NCBI RefSeq assembly: GCF_009834535.1
Contig: NC_045696.1
Span: forward strand, 41,108,001 to 41,172,000
Reading direction: 5' to 3'
DNA length: 64,000 bases
From: Camelus ferus
Taxonomy: Eukaryota
The notes under the pieces were generated by a model. The model was not told the DNA's origin. It saw only the letters and a list, made by a program, of their open reading frames with translations, and made no database searches. A program made the translations under genes and the position numbers. Positions 12,844-26,095 of the stretch are shown in pieces. How positions within the stretch are numbered: the stretch's first letter is position 1; every line of letters starts with the position of its first letter.

Positions 12844-13517
12844 GACCTTTCCTCTTTCCTAATTCATGCATTGAATGCTATGAATTTCCCTTTAAGCATT
12901 TCTTTCACTGTATCTCACTTTAATTTTCATTTAATAAAAAATATTTTAAAATTTCTCTTGAGACGTCTTTAACCCACATGTCATTTAGAAGTGTATTGTT
13001 TAATCTACAGATACTTGGAGATAATCCAGTTATCTTTCTGTTACTGATTTCTACTTTAATTTCATTTTGGTTAGAGAGAATACTTTGTATGATTTCTGTC
13101 ATTTTACGTTTGTGAAGATGTATTTTATGGCCCAGAATGTAGTTTATCTTGGTAAATACTCCATGTGAGCTTGAGAAGAATGTGTATTATGATACCTTTG
13201 GGTGAAATGTACTATAAATGTCAATTAGATGTAGTTGATTCATGGTGCTGTTCAGTTCAACTACATCCTTACTAATTTTCTGGTTGCTCAATCTGTCAGT
13301 TATTAATAGAGGGGTGTTTAAGTCTCCAACTACAGTAGAAGACTTGTCTATTTTTTCTTGCAGTTCTATCAGTTTTTGCCTCACTTATTTTGACACTCTA
13401 TTGTTAGACACATACATAGTAAGGATGGTTAGTTCTTCTTGGAGAATTGGCCCCTTTAATATTATATAATGTTCCTTTTTATTCTTCATAATTTTCCTTG
13501 CTCTAATGTCTGCTTTG

Positions 13518-13616
13518 AATATGAAAACGAATATATGTATGTATATGCATGACTGAGACATTGTGCTGTACACCAGAAATCGACACATTGTAATTGACTG
13601 TACTTCAGTTAAAAAA
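13518..13616 (+). mobile_element. Short L1 3'-end insertion nested in the older L1
   Basis: TSD gtctgctttg at 13508-13517 and 13617-13626; ends in an A-tail. Confidence 0.8.
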
Positions 13617-14469
13617 GTCTGCTTTGTCTGAAATTAACATAGTTTCTCCAACTTTCTCTTGGTTAGTATTAGTATGATACATCTTTCTCCATAACTTTAC
13701 TTTTAATCTATTAGTTTCTTTTCATTTAAAGTGGGCTTCTTATAGACAATATATAGTTGGGTCTTATTTTTTATCTGACCTTATAGTCTATGTCTTATAA
13801 TTGGTATATTTCTATCATTTCCATTTAAAGTGGTTATTGATATATTGAATTAATAACTACCATATTTGTAACTGTTTTAATTGTTCTTTTCTTTGTTTCT
13901 TCCATTGCCATTATCTTTTTCTGCCCTTTTATAGTTTTAATTGAGCATTTTATATGATTCCATTTCTCTCCTTTCGTAATACCATTTATTCTTAAAAGAA
14001 TTTAGTGTTTGCCCTAGAATTTGAAGTCAGTGTACATTTACAATTAATCTGAGTTCACTTTCTAATAACAACATATGACCTAATGAGTAATGCCAGTACC
14101 TTGTAACAGGGTATTCCCAATTCCTCCTTCTCTTTCTTTGTAACATTTTTTGGTGGTTCATTTCATTTATCTGCAAGCTATAATTTTCTCATACATCATT
14201 GCTACTATTATTTTGAACACATTGTTATCTGTTAGATAAATTAAGAGTAAAAAAACTATAAGATTTTATTTTACCTTCATTTATTCCTTCGCTAGTGCTC
14301 TTCTTTTCTTATGTAAATCCAAGTTTCTGACCTATATCATTTCCTTCTTTCTGAATAACTTCCTTTAACAATTCTTACAAGGCAGATCTACTGGTGACAA
14401 ACTCCCTCAATTTTTATTTGAGCCTTTCATATGTACATGGTATATATTTCCACTAATTAGAGCTTTTAA

Positions 14470-16360
14470 AAATTTCTATCAGTAATGAGATCTTGCACAT
14501 GTTTTGTTAAATTTATTTCCAAAAATTTTATGACTTTTAAGCTAATTTAAATGGAAATGATTGAGCAATTTTATTTTCCATTTTTTAATGCTGGTGTGTG
14601 GAAATGAATATAATTTTGTTTATTTTGTATCATGCAGCCTTACTAAATTTATTTATTAATTCTAGTAGCTTTTTGGAGACACCTAAGGTTTTCTATGTAT
14701 TTGATGTTGTCATCTGCAATAAAAGATAGTTCTATTTCTTCCTTTTTTAACTTTATGCTCTTTATTTCTCTTTCTTGCCTATAGCACTGGTGAGCATCTT
14801 CAGTACAATGTTGAATAAAAGTGGTTATAGCAGTTATTTTTTCCTTGTTTTTATTCATATATATATATTTATTGAAGTATAGTTGATTTACAATGTTATG
14901 TTAGTTTCAGAAGTACAGCATAGTGATTCAGTTATATGCATATATGTCCTTTTTCATTACAGGTTATTACAAGCTATTGAATATAGTTCACTGTGCTAGA
15001 CAGTAGGATCTTGCTGTTTATCTATTTTTTATATAGTAGTTTGTATCTGCTAATGCCAAACTCCCAATTTATCCCCAACCCCATGTTCCCCTTTGGTAAC
15101 CATAAATTTGGTTACAGCAGTTATATTAAACTCTTCTCTGTCAGTCTCAATGGGGGAAAGCATTCAATAGTACACTATTAAGTATGATGTTAGTGGTAGA
15201 TTCCTTATAGATGATTTTTATGTCCCTTTTGTTCCTTGTTTGCTGAGAGTTTAAAAAATACAGCAGGTGATGTTTGCCCCCCTTTATTGAAATGTTTTTT
15301 GAATTTATGATTATTGAAATGATCATATGGTCTTTACCCTTTATTCTGTCATATGATGAATTAAATGAATTGACTTTCTATTGTTAAACCTACTTTGTGA
15401 TCCTGGGATAAATCTCACTTGGTCATGATGAATTGTCAGTATTGTATATTGCTGGATTTGATTTGCTACTATTTCAAAAATATTTTTGCATCTGTGTATA
15501 TGAGGTTTATTGGTCTGTAATTTTCTTTTCTTGTAATGTTTTTGTCAGATTGTGGTATCAGGGTTACCTTGGCACTGTGAAATCATTTGGAAAGTTTCTC
15601 CCTTTCTCTGTTTTCTGAAAGAGTTTTTAAAAGATTGGTAGTATTTCTTCCCTGGTTCATCAGTAAAACTGTCTGGGCCGGGAGCTGGTTGCTTTTAGGA
15701 TTTTCTCCTTACGTTTGAGATTTATGAGTCTGACCATGATGTGTCTAAGTGCAGTTGTCCCTGTGTTTATTGTCTGTGCTTTGCTGAGCTTCTTGGATCT
15801 GTTAGTTAAAGTTCTTAACCAAGTCTGAGAAGCTTTGACCATTATTTCTTCAGATATTTTATCTGCCCTATTCCTTCTCTTCTCCCTTTCTAGAGCTCAA
15901 TTTGCTTATAGGTTAGGCTGCTTGATAGTGACCCACGTGTCCCAGAAGCTCTGTTTATTTATTTTTTAATGCTTTTTTTTCCTCTCCAGATTTGATGGGA
16001 ATTTACACACAGAATTTGGCCTCCCCTCTATATGGCTCCCTCCATTCTGGGATATTTCCTATCAGCATCAATTGTGTGGTGGCCCTAAACAGTCTCCTGT
16101 CGTACCTCGACCTGTTAAGACTGTGGCTTTCTGCCAGTTTCAGCCACTCCTGCTATACAGGCTGGGTAGTGCCCTTATTAGAAAGACTGTGTAAACTTGG
16201 AATAGCCTTCACTTTCTGTTTGCTTTTTATTGCTGTCCCAATGTCCTCAAGTAGTTATTTTTTTTATATTTGTCCAGAGTTTAAAATTGTTATCTGTGGG
16301 AGGGTTAATATGATACAATATACTCCATTATTATTGGAACTGAAACTCTGCCTCCTGTAT
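14470..16360 (-). mobile_element. Old L1 fragments, antisense
   Basis: Minus-strand RT remnant (ELSFIADD) and ORF1-like RHIMVRLINLKRKEKILKA. Confidence 0.7.
14838..15108 (-). mobile_element. L1 3'-end insertion
   Basis: TSD tggtta(t/c)agcagttat at 14822-14837 and 15109-15124. Confidence 0.8.
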
Positions 16361-16989
16361 TTTTAAGCTTAGTTAATTTGTTCACCATCCACCCTGTCTT
16401 CCAATTTAGAGTCCCCAGTGTCTCCAACTCAAAATATCTAGTCACTAGCACCAAGCAGTCCTGTCTCAGGTGGGCTTCCTGAATCGCCTGACACCTAATT
16501 TCCTTAGAGCTACTGTTTTAGATCAGGTTCTCATTTAGCTGGTGTTCTTTGCCTCCTAACTTCTGTCCCAAAAGCCCGTATTACTTTTGAAATCTTCCTT
16601 AAAATCATCCCTTGTTATGTTACTCCCTTGTTTTAAGTTCTCTCTAGGCTCCTGCAGGATTACATTTTTCTGGCTTGGTTTATAAAGCTGTTCACAATCC
16701 AGTTTATGACCGACCTGCTGTTGCTCCATGTAGAACCAATGCTCTGATGTGTTCAACTTTTCTCTGCTCCTTGGACACATTAGAACTTTCTGTGTTTTTG
16801 TGTTTTTGCTCTTGGCATCCTGCCTACTTGGAGCCACCCACTTTATCTGGCTTTTCTAGATTTAGTCTAAAAATCTGATGTAGATGCCACCTCTTCTGGA
16901 AAGACTTCCCTGAATAGGTTACCTCTGTCCTCTCACCCCTCTTCTGTGTTCTTATAGCGCTTAGAAATCTGCATGTTGACTTGGTTGGT

Positions 16990-17035
16990 ATCTGTCTATC
17001 TACCTATCTATCTATCCATCCATCCATCCATCTGT
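16990..17035. repeat. (TCTA)n/(TCCA)n compound microsatellite
   Basis: Seen directly. Confidence 0.7.
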
Positions 17036-17333
17036 CTAGTCTTATCTATATCATCTATATAGTCTTCTTTTTCCTTCAGTGGATTCTGATCTCCTTGGGC
17101 AAGGTGTTGTATCTTTCAAACATAGTTTTTTGGTATGCATAACATCTAGTAAGCATTGTATAACTTGTGTAGATTCTCAATATATATGTTTTTTGGTGAT
17201 ACTACAAAGACTATTTATTCAGCTGTGGTACTTGAAGTAATGATGTTACGTAAAGAAATTAAAGGCCACAGACCCCAAAGGAGAAACTAATCAACCAGTT
17301 CATATACTATTCTGTTATTTATTGTTTTTTTAG

Positions 17334-17447
17334 AAACACTCACCACTCAAACAAGCATCCCTATAGAATTCTGCAGAAATGGTGGAACCTGGGAAAATGG
17401 CAGATGCATTTGTCCAGAAGACTGGAAAGGACTGAGATGTACAATGA
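17334..17447 (+). CDS. ADGRG7: ADGRG7 exon 2 (EGF-like, EFCRNGGTWENGRCICPEDWKGLRCTM)
   Basis: tttttag acceptor, A|gtaagt donor, 114 nt, phase 1/1. Confidence 0.95.
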
Positions 17448-17877
17448 GTAAGTTACTTGGGATAATACGAGGGTTCGAGGTTTAGGTGACTTCCGTGTTA
17501 ATAAGGACAGCAGCAAAGCTTTTTGAAACTTCCATTAATGATTATAGTAACAATGGGCATAATGATGATGGATTTAAGATATGTTTATTAGCTCCATAGT
17601 AAAAGCTGAGTTTTCCTTCTTGTGCTGTTTACCTGTATGTTCAACACATCTTGTCTCTTTAACATCTGTCAAGTTTCTCTGTAAACTCATAGTTGCTTTT
17701 CCTTCTGGCTGCAGTGTCTGCTACAGGGCAATGGATAATATGATTTTCTCAGGTCCTTTCAGTTGGTGATATGCTGTATTACCCCACTTCAAATGTCACT
17801 ATTCTAACATGTTTAACTTTTCTGAAATCAAGATGCATTTTTCTATTCAAGTATATGCTTAGATGAAATTCTTGTCT

Positions 17878-17950
17878 TTTCTTTCTCTTGAAGAAACTGT
17901 TATTAAATTAGTGGTTTCTTTCTCTTGAAGAGATGTTATTAAAGTGGTTT
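17878..17950. repeat. Imperfect ~37-bp tandem duplication
   Basis: tttctttctcttgaaga…tgttattaaa…gtgg occurs twice. Confidence 0.75.
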
Positions 17951-18543
17951 GACTTCAGTCAGTGGTATCTCAGAATCAGTGTTCAAAGCCGCTTCTTGAT
18001 CTGCAGTGTGCTCCGCAACACACTACACGCCTCCTGCTGCCTGCTTAGGATTCAGAGCCCTAGAAACTCGCCCCTATAATTTCCTACACTCTGACCAGCC
18101 AGTGTCTCCCATATACCCCGTGACTGGCTTTTTGCTTTAACCCACATCATCATGCTGCCTTTTGCCACTGTAGGCTCTTTATCTTTAATTTTCAAGATTT
18201 CAACTAATCTGAGCCCTTATCCTTTCTGATGCATTAGTGATCACATCCCACCTCTACTAAGTTCTACATTGTGCGCATGTTATTTGAAACTTGTTATCTA
18301 ACATCATTATCTACTAGTTAATGAAATGGTAGTAACTTAACTATATAAGAAAGTATGTAGTTCCTGGCTTGTCAGTGAGTCCTTTAAGCTTTCTATTACC
18401 TTTCAAGTTATGCTGGATAAGTTTGGAACTTTGACTTTCATCTGGTTTGAAATTTGTAAAAGAAAAGTGATGAAAATTTATAATGAAAAAATTTTGATTA
18501 ATGATGAATTTATGATGAAAAGCATTTTTTCTTTCTGTTATAG

Positions 18544-18648
18544 TTAATTTCTGTGAAAACAGTACCTATGGGAGTTTTACTTTTGGCAGAATCCCTGTGG
18601 GAAGATACGGATTTTCCTTGCAAACGTGTGACACGAGCACTGTAAATG
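18544..18648 (+). CDS. ADGRG7: ADGRG7 exon 3 (NFCENSTYGSFTFGRIPVGRYG...)
   Basis: tatag acceptor, G|gtatgt donor, 105 nt. Confidence 0.95.
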
Positions 18649-18999
18649 GTATGTGTTTTTCCAAACATCTCCTCTATTTAGGCATGTGAATTGCTGTGCT
18701 GGGTCATTCCTATCATCCCTCCAGCTAGTGTTAGGTCCCTAGAGGAGGACATCAAGGAAGATTTTGTGGAAGGGCTTGGCTCCCTTTCAGGATGGTGATG
18801 TTCAGAGTTTTGGGTGTTACCTCACATAATTCCAATTTTCCTAAAAACTGAAATATATAAATCAGTAGTAAATTCCTTTGAATTCTTCTTCAATTGGTTT
18901 GTCTTACTTTATCTTCTGGGGTTTGATCAGGTTAAGATCTGCTCTTTGAGGTATGTAATTTATCTCAATTTTAAAGATTAGCAAAACTGTAGGTTTACC

Positions 19000-19530
19000 C
19001 CATATCTACTTTGAGACTTCATCCTCGGTGGAGATGCAGTTAAGTCTGTGCACAGTCAGTAGCCCTTCATCTCTTTGATCATTTTAGTTATCTATCTTGG
19101 AACAGTCTCAGCTCATCATACCTTTCCTGAAACATGACAGCTTTGCTTGCATAGAGGCTTTCCGAGAATAAAGGAGCAAATGCAATTTTCTGATACTAAT
19201 ACTGCTCCCTGATGATATCCAGGATTTTGATGACATGTATGATTTTAATGCCAGACTGAATAATGTCTTCTGAGAGTACCCCTTTAAATTCATGGATCCC
19301 TTTCCTAACAGCTTAGAGCCCATGATGCCATATGATTTTTCCCTAAATGTTTTAGCAATTCTTTGTTTGCATTGACTTTCATCTGACCAATCCTCCTACC
19401 TCTCACGTCTTCCTGCGGGTCATCATCCACTCCCTGCAGAACCAGATAGCTCAACAGCACAGCTAATTCTAGGTCATTTATACAAGTGTTTGACAGAACT
19501 TCTGTCAGCATGACCCTGGGGAAATGTTTT
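19000..19530 (-). mobile_element. Ancient CR1/L3-like LINE RT remnant
   Basis: Minus-strand pieces PQG..L.N..INDLE, MKVNANK…HLGKN and TKMIKE follow the order of CR1-clade RT C-terminal motifs. Confidence 0.5.
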
Positions 19531-20878
19531 ATTGAGATATTTATTTCTGTGTGTGTCAGGGGTTCTTTGAAACAGTAAATAAATTACATGTACTGCTGTT
19601 TCTTCTTTACCTTATTTATTCTGAGGTTATTTGGACCAGCATTCCATTTGCAGAGTCTAAATTGCCTCTGCTCGCATATATCACGCTTACTTAAGTATTC
19701 CTGGTTCTACTTTTACGTAGGTCCTTCCAGCCTCTTCATAAAAGCTCAGGAGGTAAAAGGGGGGCTTCATCTCTATTGGTACTTCCTCCCTACACTGTGT
19801 GGTATGTCCATAGATAGCTGTTGTCTTAATTTTTATATGTTTTATATGTTTTAAATATTTCATCATACTTTACAAAATAGAAAGTTACTGTGTGCTACTG
19901 ACTCAGGAACCAGTAATATACCCATCAAAGGACATCATACTTGCTTGATATATGTTACTTTTTTGGGACAAGAGAATCACTTTCATTCGGTTGTTTATTT
20001 TTCTTTTCTGAGTAACTATTATGAAAATGTGTCTTATACATAAATTTGAATTTCAGATTGAGCCCATAAAATATATAGATTCCAAATATCAGCAGATTTG
20101 CTTTTAGTTTTATGTTAATAATTACTTCTAACAATTTGGTTTTATATAGCAAATGACCAAAATACTTTTCAACGATTTTAAGTAGGCAGGTTCATACTTG
20201 TTAATATAGAGGAAAAGATGCATTTGAACTATGGCCACATAAAAAAATAACATCCTACATATATGTTTGAAATTTTCATTATGCCATAGAGTAGAGGTGA
20301 AGCCATCGTATAAGAGTGACTGTAACCTTCTACTTTACATGTTGTGGAAGCAATCTCTGGTTTCAGTGTTTCTAGTTGTTGCCCCGTGAAGCAGCTACCC
20401 AATGCTGGTCCTGAGGAATGTTCACCTACTGATCAGCTGTCCTGCTAATGACAGCTGAAGGTGATTTTATCTATTAACAGTCCCTTAAGTATTAACCATA
20501 GGAGGACATCGAGGTAGGGAGGCTCAGGTGATAATCCTAGGAAACAAACCCAATGATTCAACAAGGGTTTATTAAGAGCCAACCACATACTGAGTGGATG
20601 CTGCAATACACTAGAACTCTTTGCCTTTCACATGTTGCCAAGATTTGGATAAAGAAGGAAACATCAACATGTAATTCAGTATCTAGTAGGAATTTTTTGT
20701 GTTGTTTCTGGTCTCTCAGCCTAGTATCCACCACTGCATCCAGGTCAAAGTCCTTACATCCCAAGTTGTTGGAAGGCAAACCTTCCTTGCAGACTTCAAA
20801 GGAAGGAAATAGTCAGCTGGTCTTTTGAATTCCAGATTTAAAAATCAAGACAGGTGGTGTCTGCCTAAAATATTCTTG

Positions 20879-21300
20879 TAGTAACTGTCTGATTTACTTT
20901 TCCATTGCTTTGTATCAAATCACTCCAAACCTACTGGCTTAAAACAGTAAAGATTTAGATTTCTCATAGTCCTGTGGGTTGACTGTGGCAGCTGGACTGT
21001 GCTGGAAGGTCCAAGACGACCTCACTCACATGCGGCACTGGTGCTGGCTGTTGGCTGGAGGGCTTCAATTCTCCTCCACGTGGCCTCTCATCCTCTAGTA
21101 GATTAGACCTGCTTCCTTATATGATGGTCTCAGGATGGTGTTCAAAGAGGGTGAAAGCCAAAATTTCAAGTCTTCTTGAGGATCTAGGTTTTGAAACTCA
21201 TACAGTGTCATTTCTGCCACATTTTGTTGGTCAGAGCAAGTTGTAAGGACAGCCTAAATTCAGGAAGTGAAGGAATATACTTCATCTCTTGATGGTAGGA
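20879..21300 (-). mobile_element. MLT1-type MaLR LTR
   Basis: Typical MLT1 blocks (ggcttaaaacag, ctcactcacatg, ttctcctccacgtggcctctc). Confidence 0.7.
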
Positions 21301-21434
21301 GTAAATGTAAAATAACATTTTAAGGGAATAATGTACATTTAAGGAGTAAAGTAAAATAATACTGAGGAAGGCTTATGTGTACTGGAGCGGGTGGTTTCTG
21401 TGCCCATCTTTGCAAACATTGTCTTTGTTTTTTC

Positions 21435-21697
21435 CTTTTTTTTAAATTGAAACATAATTGGTTCACAATACTGTGTTAGTTTCAGGTGTACAGCAAAATG
21501 ATTTGGTTATATATATATGTATATATATTTATGTATATGCTTTTTTGGATTCCTTTCTATTATAGCTTATTACAAGATACTGAATATAGTTCCCTGTGCT
21601 ATACAGAAGGTGCTTGTTGTTTACCTTATATATGTATATATGTTTATACATGTGTATATATGTATCTGTTAGTCCCATACACCTAATTTATCCCTCT
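21435..21697 (-). mobile_element. L1 3'-end fragment abutting the exon 4 acceptor
   Basis: Similar to copies at 2800 and 14838 (tacaagatactgaatatagttccctgtgctatacag; ctaatttatccc). Confidence 0.82.
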
Positions 21698-21719
21698 GCC
21701 CTTCTTCTTTTTATTAAAG

Positions 21720-21832
21720 CGGGCAATCCAATGGCAACCCGGCTGTGCAGTCTTAATGAATACGGAGAGATAGAATTACAAAATGTGACAATAGGAAATT
21801 GCAATGTAAATCTGAAAACTCTGGAAAATCAG
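21720..21832 (+). CDS. ADGRG7: ADGRG7 exon 4 (GNPMATRLCSLNEYGEIELQNVTIGNCN...)
   Basis: ttaaag acceptor, CAG|gtatgc donor, 113 nt. Confidence 0.95.
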
Positions 21833-22823
21833 GTATGCCGTATGGTCCGTGAGATGGATAAGGGGAAAAAGTTCAGACTCTGTACGGGTTCTCTGTTCTT
21901 TAGATATCTGATGGTCAAATTAATGCTTTAAAAACTCTCCAATTAGAAATAACAAGAAGTAGTAACTAAAACCATTCTTATTTTTTTAAGCTGATACCTG
22001 TTTGTGAAAAGGGACAGCTGGACATGTTGGTTCAGCAAAGTTCAGCAAATGATAATCTATAGCATATTTTTAATGGCCTCATATTTGTAGACCACTGAAG
22101 TTTTGATGGAAAATAGGTCCTTGACATTTGAGACCAAAAGGAAGGGATTCTGATAGTCTACTGTATCAGAATAAAGAGAAACAAACTATGACCACAGATC
22201 TTTTGTCACAGGAAAGTCTAGAGTCTGATGCTGGTCTCAGAGCTGTATCCACAAGCAGATGAAGGGAAATACATCTAACTAAATATGTTTTCATGCCAAT
22301 TAAATTATTGTGACTAAGGATATCCCCAAATGCAAATGCGAGGAATTACTAATACCTGGGGCCAAGGAAAGGGAGGAGAAGGAAATTTATCTTTCTGTGG
22401 TCCTTCTGGGTGCCAGTTACATATGTTATCCCATTTAGTCCTTGTACAATTTCTGTGACTTAGATGTTTCTTCCCATATTATAGATAATACAGCTAATCA
22501 CACTAATTATTGAGCACTTACTGAATGCATGTATAAGATTTGATAACACCTATAAAACATCCAGCAAAGTGCCTAACACATGGCTGTTGAATGAGAATGT
22601 TGTTTCTATCTACTGATTGGATATTGCTTGTGACCCTTCTCTGGGCATGATTAGCCTGTGACTTTGATTTTTGAAGTGATGCTGCCACCTAGTGAAAACT
22701 AAGCCACACAGACACACACACATTGACCCTTGGCTCCACTGAAGACAATGTGGATTAATGTGTTTTAGCCTTACTACCCAGAGCCCGGGAGACCAAGTGG
22801 TACTTGGAAAAGTTTGCTAAGTC

Positions 22824-23108
22824 CGTGCTTCCCAAATTCTCTGTGCTGAAAAGCCAACTGAAAAATTTCCAACCCATTGCAGACCATAATTTTGCAAAAT
22901 ACATAAAAATGAATTACTAGGAAAATGAAATGAAAAGTAACATATAAAATGCAAATCCAGTTTTAAAAGTTATCAGATGAAACAGCATAGAATTGTTAAT
23001 GTAAGTTTCAGACCACTTTCTCTCAGGTTCTGTACTTATCTCCCTGTGGAACCTGTAACCAATAGTTGGCCATCACTGGTCCACGGATCACACCTTGAGG
23101 AGCAGTGG
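22824..23108. mobile_element. hAT-Charlie-like MER relic
   Basis: gtgcttcccaaa … ggtccacggatcacaccttgaggagcagtg terminal motifs. Confidence 0.4.
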
Positions 23109-23338
23109 TCTAGCTAAGACAGCCTGTCTTAATTCTGACAGGTAGTAAGGGCTGGGAAGCCACTGGCCTGCATGTACTTTGTCCTTTATGCAAGAAAAGA
23201 AGCAAATTTGAAAAACCCAGTGCACGTGATGTTCAGGAGATGGAGGATCACCTAAATTCCAGTTTATTCATCTGAAGTTGCTTGCAAAGTGTTAAGACCT
23301 AGTTGTATAAAGTTAGAGGCTTTTTGTTTTTTTAACAG

Positions 23339-23488
23339 GTAGTCAACATTGCAACACAATCGCAAAATATTTCTGATGAAACCCAGATTTTAACATCTGA
23401 TGCCAGTAAATTAACTCCTGAGAACATCACTTCTGCTACTAGAGTGGCCGGACAGATTTTTAATGCATCCAGAAATGCTATACCTGAG
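23339..23488 (+). CDS. ADGRG7: ADGRG7 exon 5 (…QILTSDASKLTPENITSATRVAGQIFNASRN…)
   Basis: aacag acceptor, GAG|gtaaaa donor, 150 nt. Confidence 0.93.
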
Positions 23489-24815
23489 GTAAAACTCACA
23501 TGGTTTTAAAAAAGGGGAGGGGAAGAAAGAAAGACATTCCACCTCCAGTGCTTATTCCACAGTATGGACTTGGGCATGGTTTAGGTTGCTTAAAACCATC
23601 TTGCAGAGCACTCTTTCTGAGAGATACTCAAAGAAATATAAAAGGGCTCCTTGTCCAACTACTCTCTTTCAGGATTGTTACAATGATCATCATTAAGTTA
23701 AATCTTCTGGGAGGTTAAAGTGTTTTGGAAAATCGATCTGTTAAGGCTTCTGGAAAGCTAAATCTTCTGAACAAGTCTATTTCACTTTATTAATGTTTAC
23801 CAACTGCAATTGACCTCAACAATCACTACTCAACTCCAAGTAACTAGAGTTCTAAGGAACTCACTTTGGAACACACTATTTTAAACTGTGATCCTTCTGC
23901 TAAACATATTTGCATTTTGGTTTTGGCTTTCCAAAAACATTAACTGTACTTTACAGTTCTGATACCATAACTTGTTAAACTCTGGTACCTGAAAATAAAA
24001 ACTACAGTCAGCATTTACCAATTGGCACAGCTTGGGTACTGATCTAGCAGGGCTGTAAACCACCTATAGAATGACCCAGTGTCTCCTAGCTGGGTATCAG
24101 CATGGCCTGAAACTATCTACTCCTTTCTTCTATTCCCTTTAAAAGTCTTATTTAAAAAAATTATTTTTGTTATCCTAGGTCCTATAGAAAGAAAGTGGGA
24201 TTCAAATCACAAGTTAATAAAAATGGAATTGAAAGAAAAATAATGACTGCCAAATGTAGAATTTTTGGAAGGGTTAGCCTGTAAGGACAGAAGGGTATCA
24301 GTACCTCCAAAAGAAGGCAGTTAAACTGTAATCAAATGCCAAGAGATCCTCTCTGATGTACTCCTAAATTTTTAATTACAAGAAAACTAGAAATAATTTT
24401 ACTAAGTCTAAAAGGTACTAAATATAATAGTTACACTAAGTCTAACTAATACGTTTCACTGAGCACTGCGGACTGTAATGGTTTGAAGAGCCCTGTGCTC
24501 TTCTTATTTTGTTTCTGCTTCTGTATCTCAGCATCTGCTTTTGTGTTCTTGGGGCTGGGGTAGGGGGAAGGTTCTGCAAAAGACTTTGCTGTGAGGTCAA
24601 ATTCAGAGACCCAAGCCTCCTAGTTGACTCATTCACTGTGCTGCATCTTTATTCTCTCTGCCATCTTACGTGGGTTAAAAACTAAGCCTTTGGTTTTGAC
24701 AAACACCTCCAGATTACCGTACAATGGTGCTACTTGATGCCATAATAATGCATGATAACTATGGGAATGATGATGATGATATGTGTCTTCTCTGATCGGT
24801 GCCTTCTTCTGGCAG

Positions 24816-24916
24816 GCAAAAATAGTTGCTGTAACAACAGTGAGTCAAATTCTAGATGCCAGTGAAGATGTTTTTCAAAGAGCTGCTGCTGATGATAATG
24901 AAGATTCCTTTGCAAC
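24816..24916 (+). CDS. ADGRG7: ADGRG7 exon 6 (AKIVAVTTVSQILDASEDVFQR…)
   Basis: ggcag acceptor, AC|gtaagc donor, 101 nt. Confidence 0.93.
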
Positions 24917-25779
24917 GTAAGCCCACTTCCAATTTGGAAAGAAAACCGAACAGAGTGCTGTTTCCTTTCCTAGGTTAAAGCGTTAATGGAGAGGTGTCTT
25001 TATTTCTCTCATGGATGCACTAAATGTCTGACTCCTCTGAAATGCAGACTAAAGCCTTGGTGATCTTCAGTTACTAGATGGAGTGATAAATGTTAACTCC
25101 TCATTCCAGGGGTGGCCGTGGCCTGGGAGATAGAGCATAACTGGGATGATTTAGAGTAGGTCTTGTTTTCCCAGCCTTAGTTTGTCATGGCCCGGGGACA
25201 ACTGCATGCACAGTGGGAGCCCTTCCAACTCCTGATTCAGTGCATGGAGCTGCAAATAACAGCATAACTTTGCAAAACACGTTGACAGCCCCCACCCCCC
25301 AACCCGACCCCCATCCATTCTCGCCCAGCTCAGCACTTACTGAGATCTTGGTATATTTTGATTAAGCTTTCTTTAGCTTTCCCAAGGCTACATTAAAAGA
25401 AAACAAATAAACAAGGATTCAATTCTACCTGCTTTCTTTATTTTCGATTCCTATGTTGTAGATTACTTTTGCTTTTATATTTATACTTAAACTGTTTCCC
25501 TAGGACTGGCCACCTTGTGCATCTACCTTGCATATTTCTTTTGCATTTCTGTTCCAGCATGTTTCTTTGCTTACACTACACCCACTTAAGTTACCTTAAC
25601 CAAAAGGGATTTATTGTAAAGAGGCATATGAAGTCTCATGGGAACCTAAGAACAGGATCGTAATACAGGTGGGCCCCATGGACCCTGGAGCAGGGGTGTA
25701 GTGGGGCATCCAAGGCAGCTTTGAAGGTCTCAGTAGAGCAGTTTGTGGGTCCCCTCTGGGATAATGTAACGGTTGTGGC

Positions 25780-26000
25780 TGTTGGAGTCAGTTCTGGGTT
25801 CAAACCTTAGCATTGTTGTTTAGTGGCTACATGCAGCAACCAAATTACTTCATATCTCTCTGAAGAGCCTCAGATTCTTCCATGTAATATGGGAGCAGTT
25901 TGGGGACTCACTTCAGTGGGATTCTTGTGATGCTCAAATGAGATCATACATACCACTGTCATAGTATCTGACTTATCCGTAGTAAGTCCTGAAAAAGGAG
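25780..26000 (+). mobile_element. MIR SINE
   Basis: ctgggttcaaacc…gcctcag…ctcaaatgagatcat. Confidence 0.55.
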
Positions 26001-26095
26001 GTTAGCAGTTGTCTTCATCATTAACATGACTCAATAAACATGTATGTCTCATCTTGACTTACAGTTTCTGCTCTCTCATAATTTAAGGCTGATCA

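Larger units (their letters stand above)
9420..14420 (-). mobile_element. Older L1 (3'UTR and degenerate ORF2), antisense
   Basis: Minus-strand ORF fragments resemble ORF2 (KTIKLLEDNTGENL, VVGDLNTPL, YIILKGPILQEELTIL). Confidence 0.88.

Noticed and set aside
1..17333. ADGRG7 exon 1 (ATG plus hydrophobic leader)
   Set aside because: No matching coding segment found by eye; it presumably lies upstream of the window
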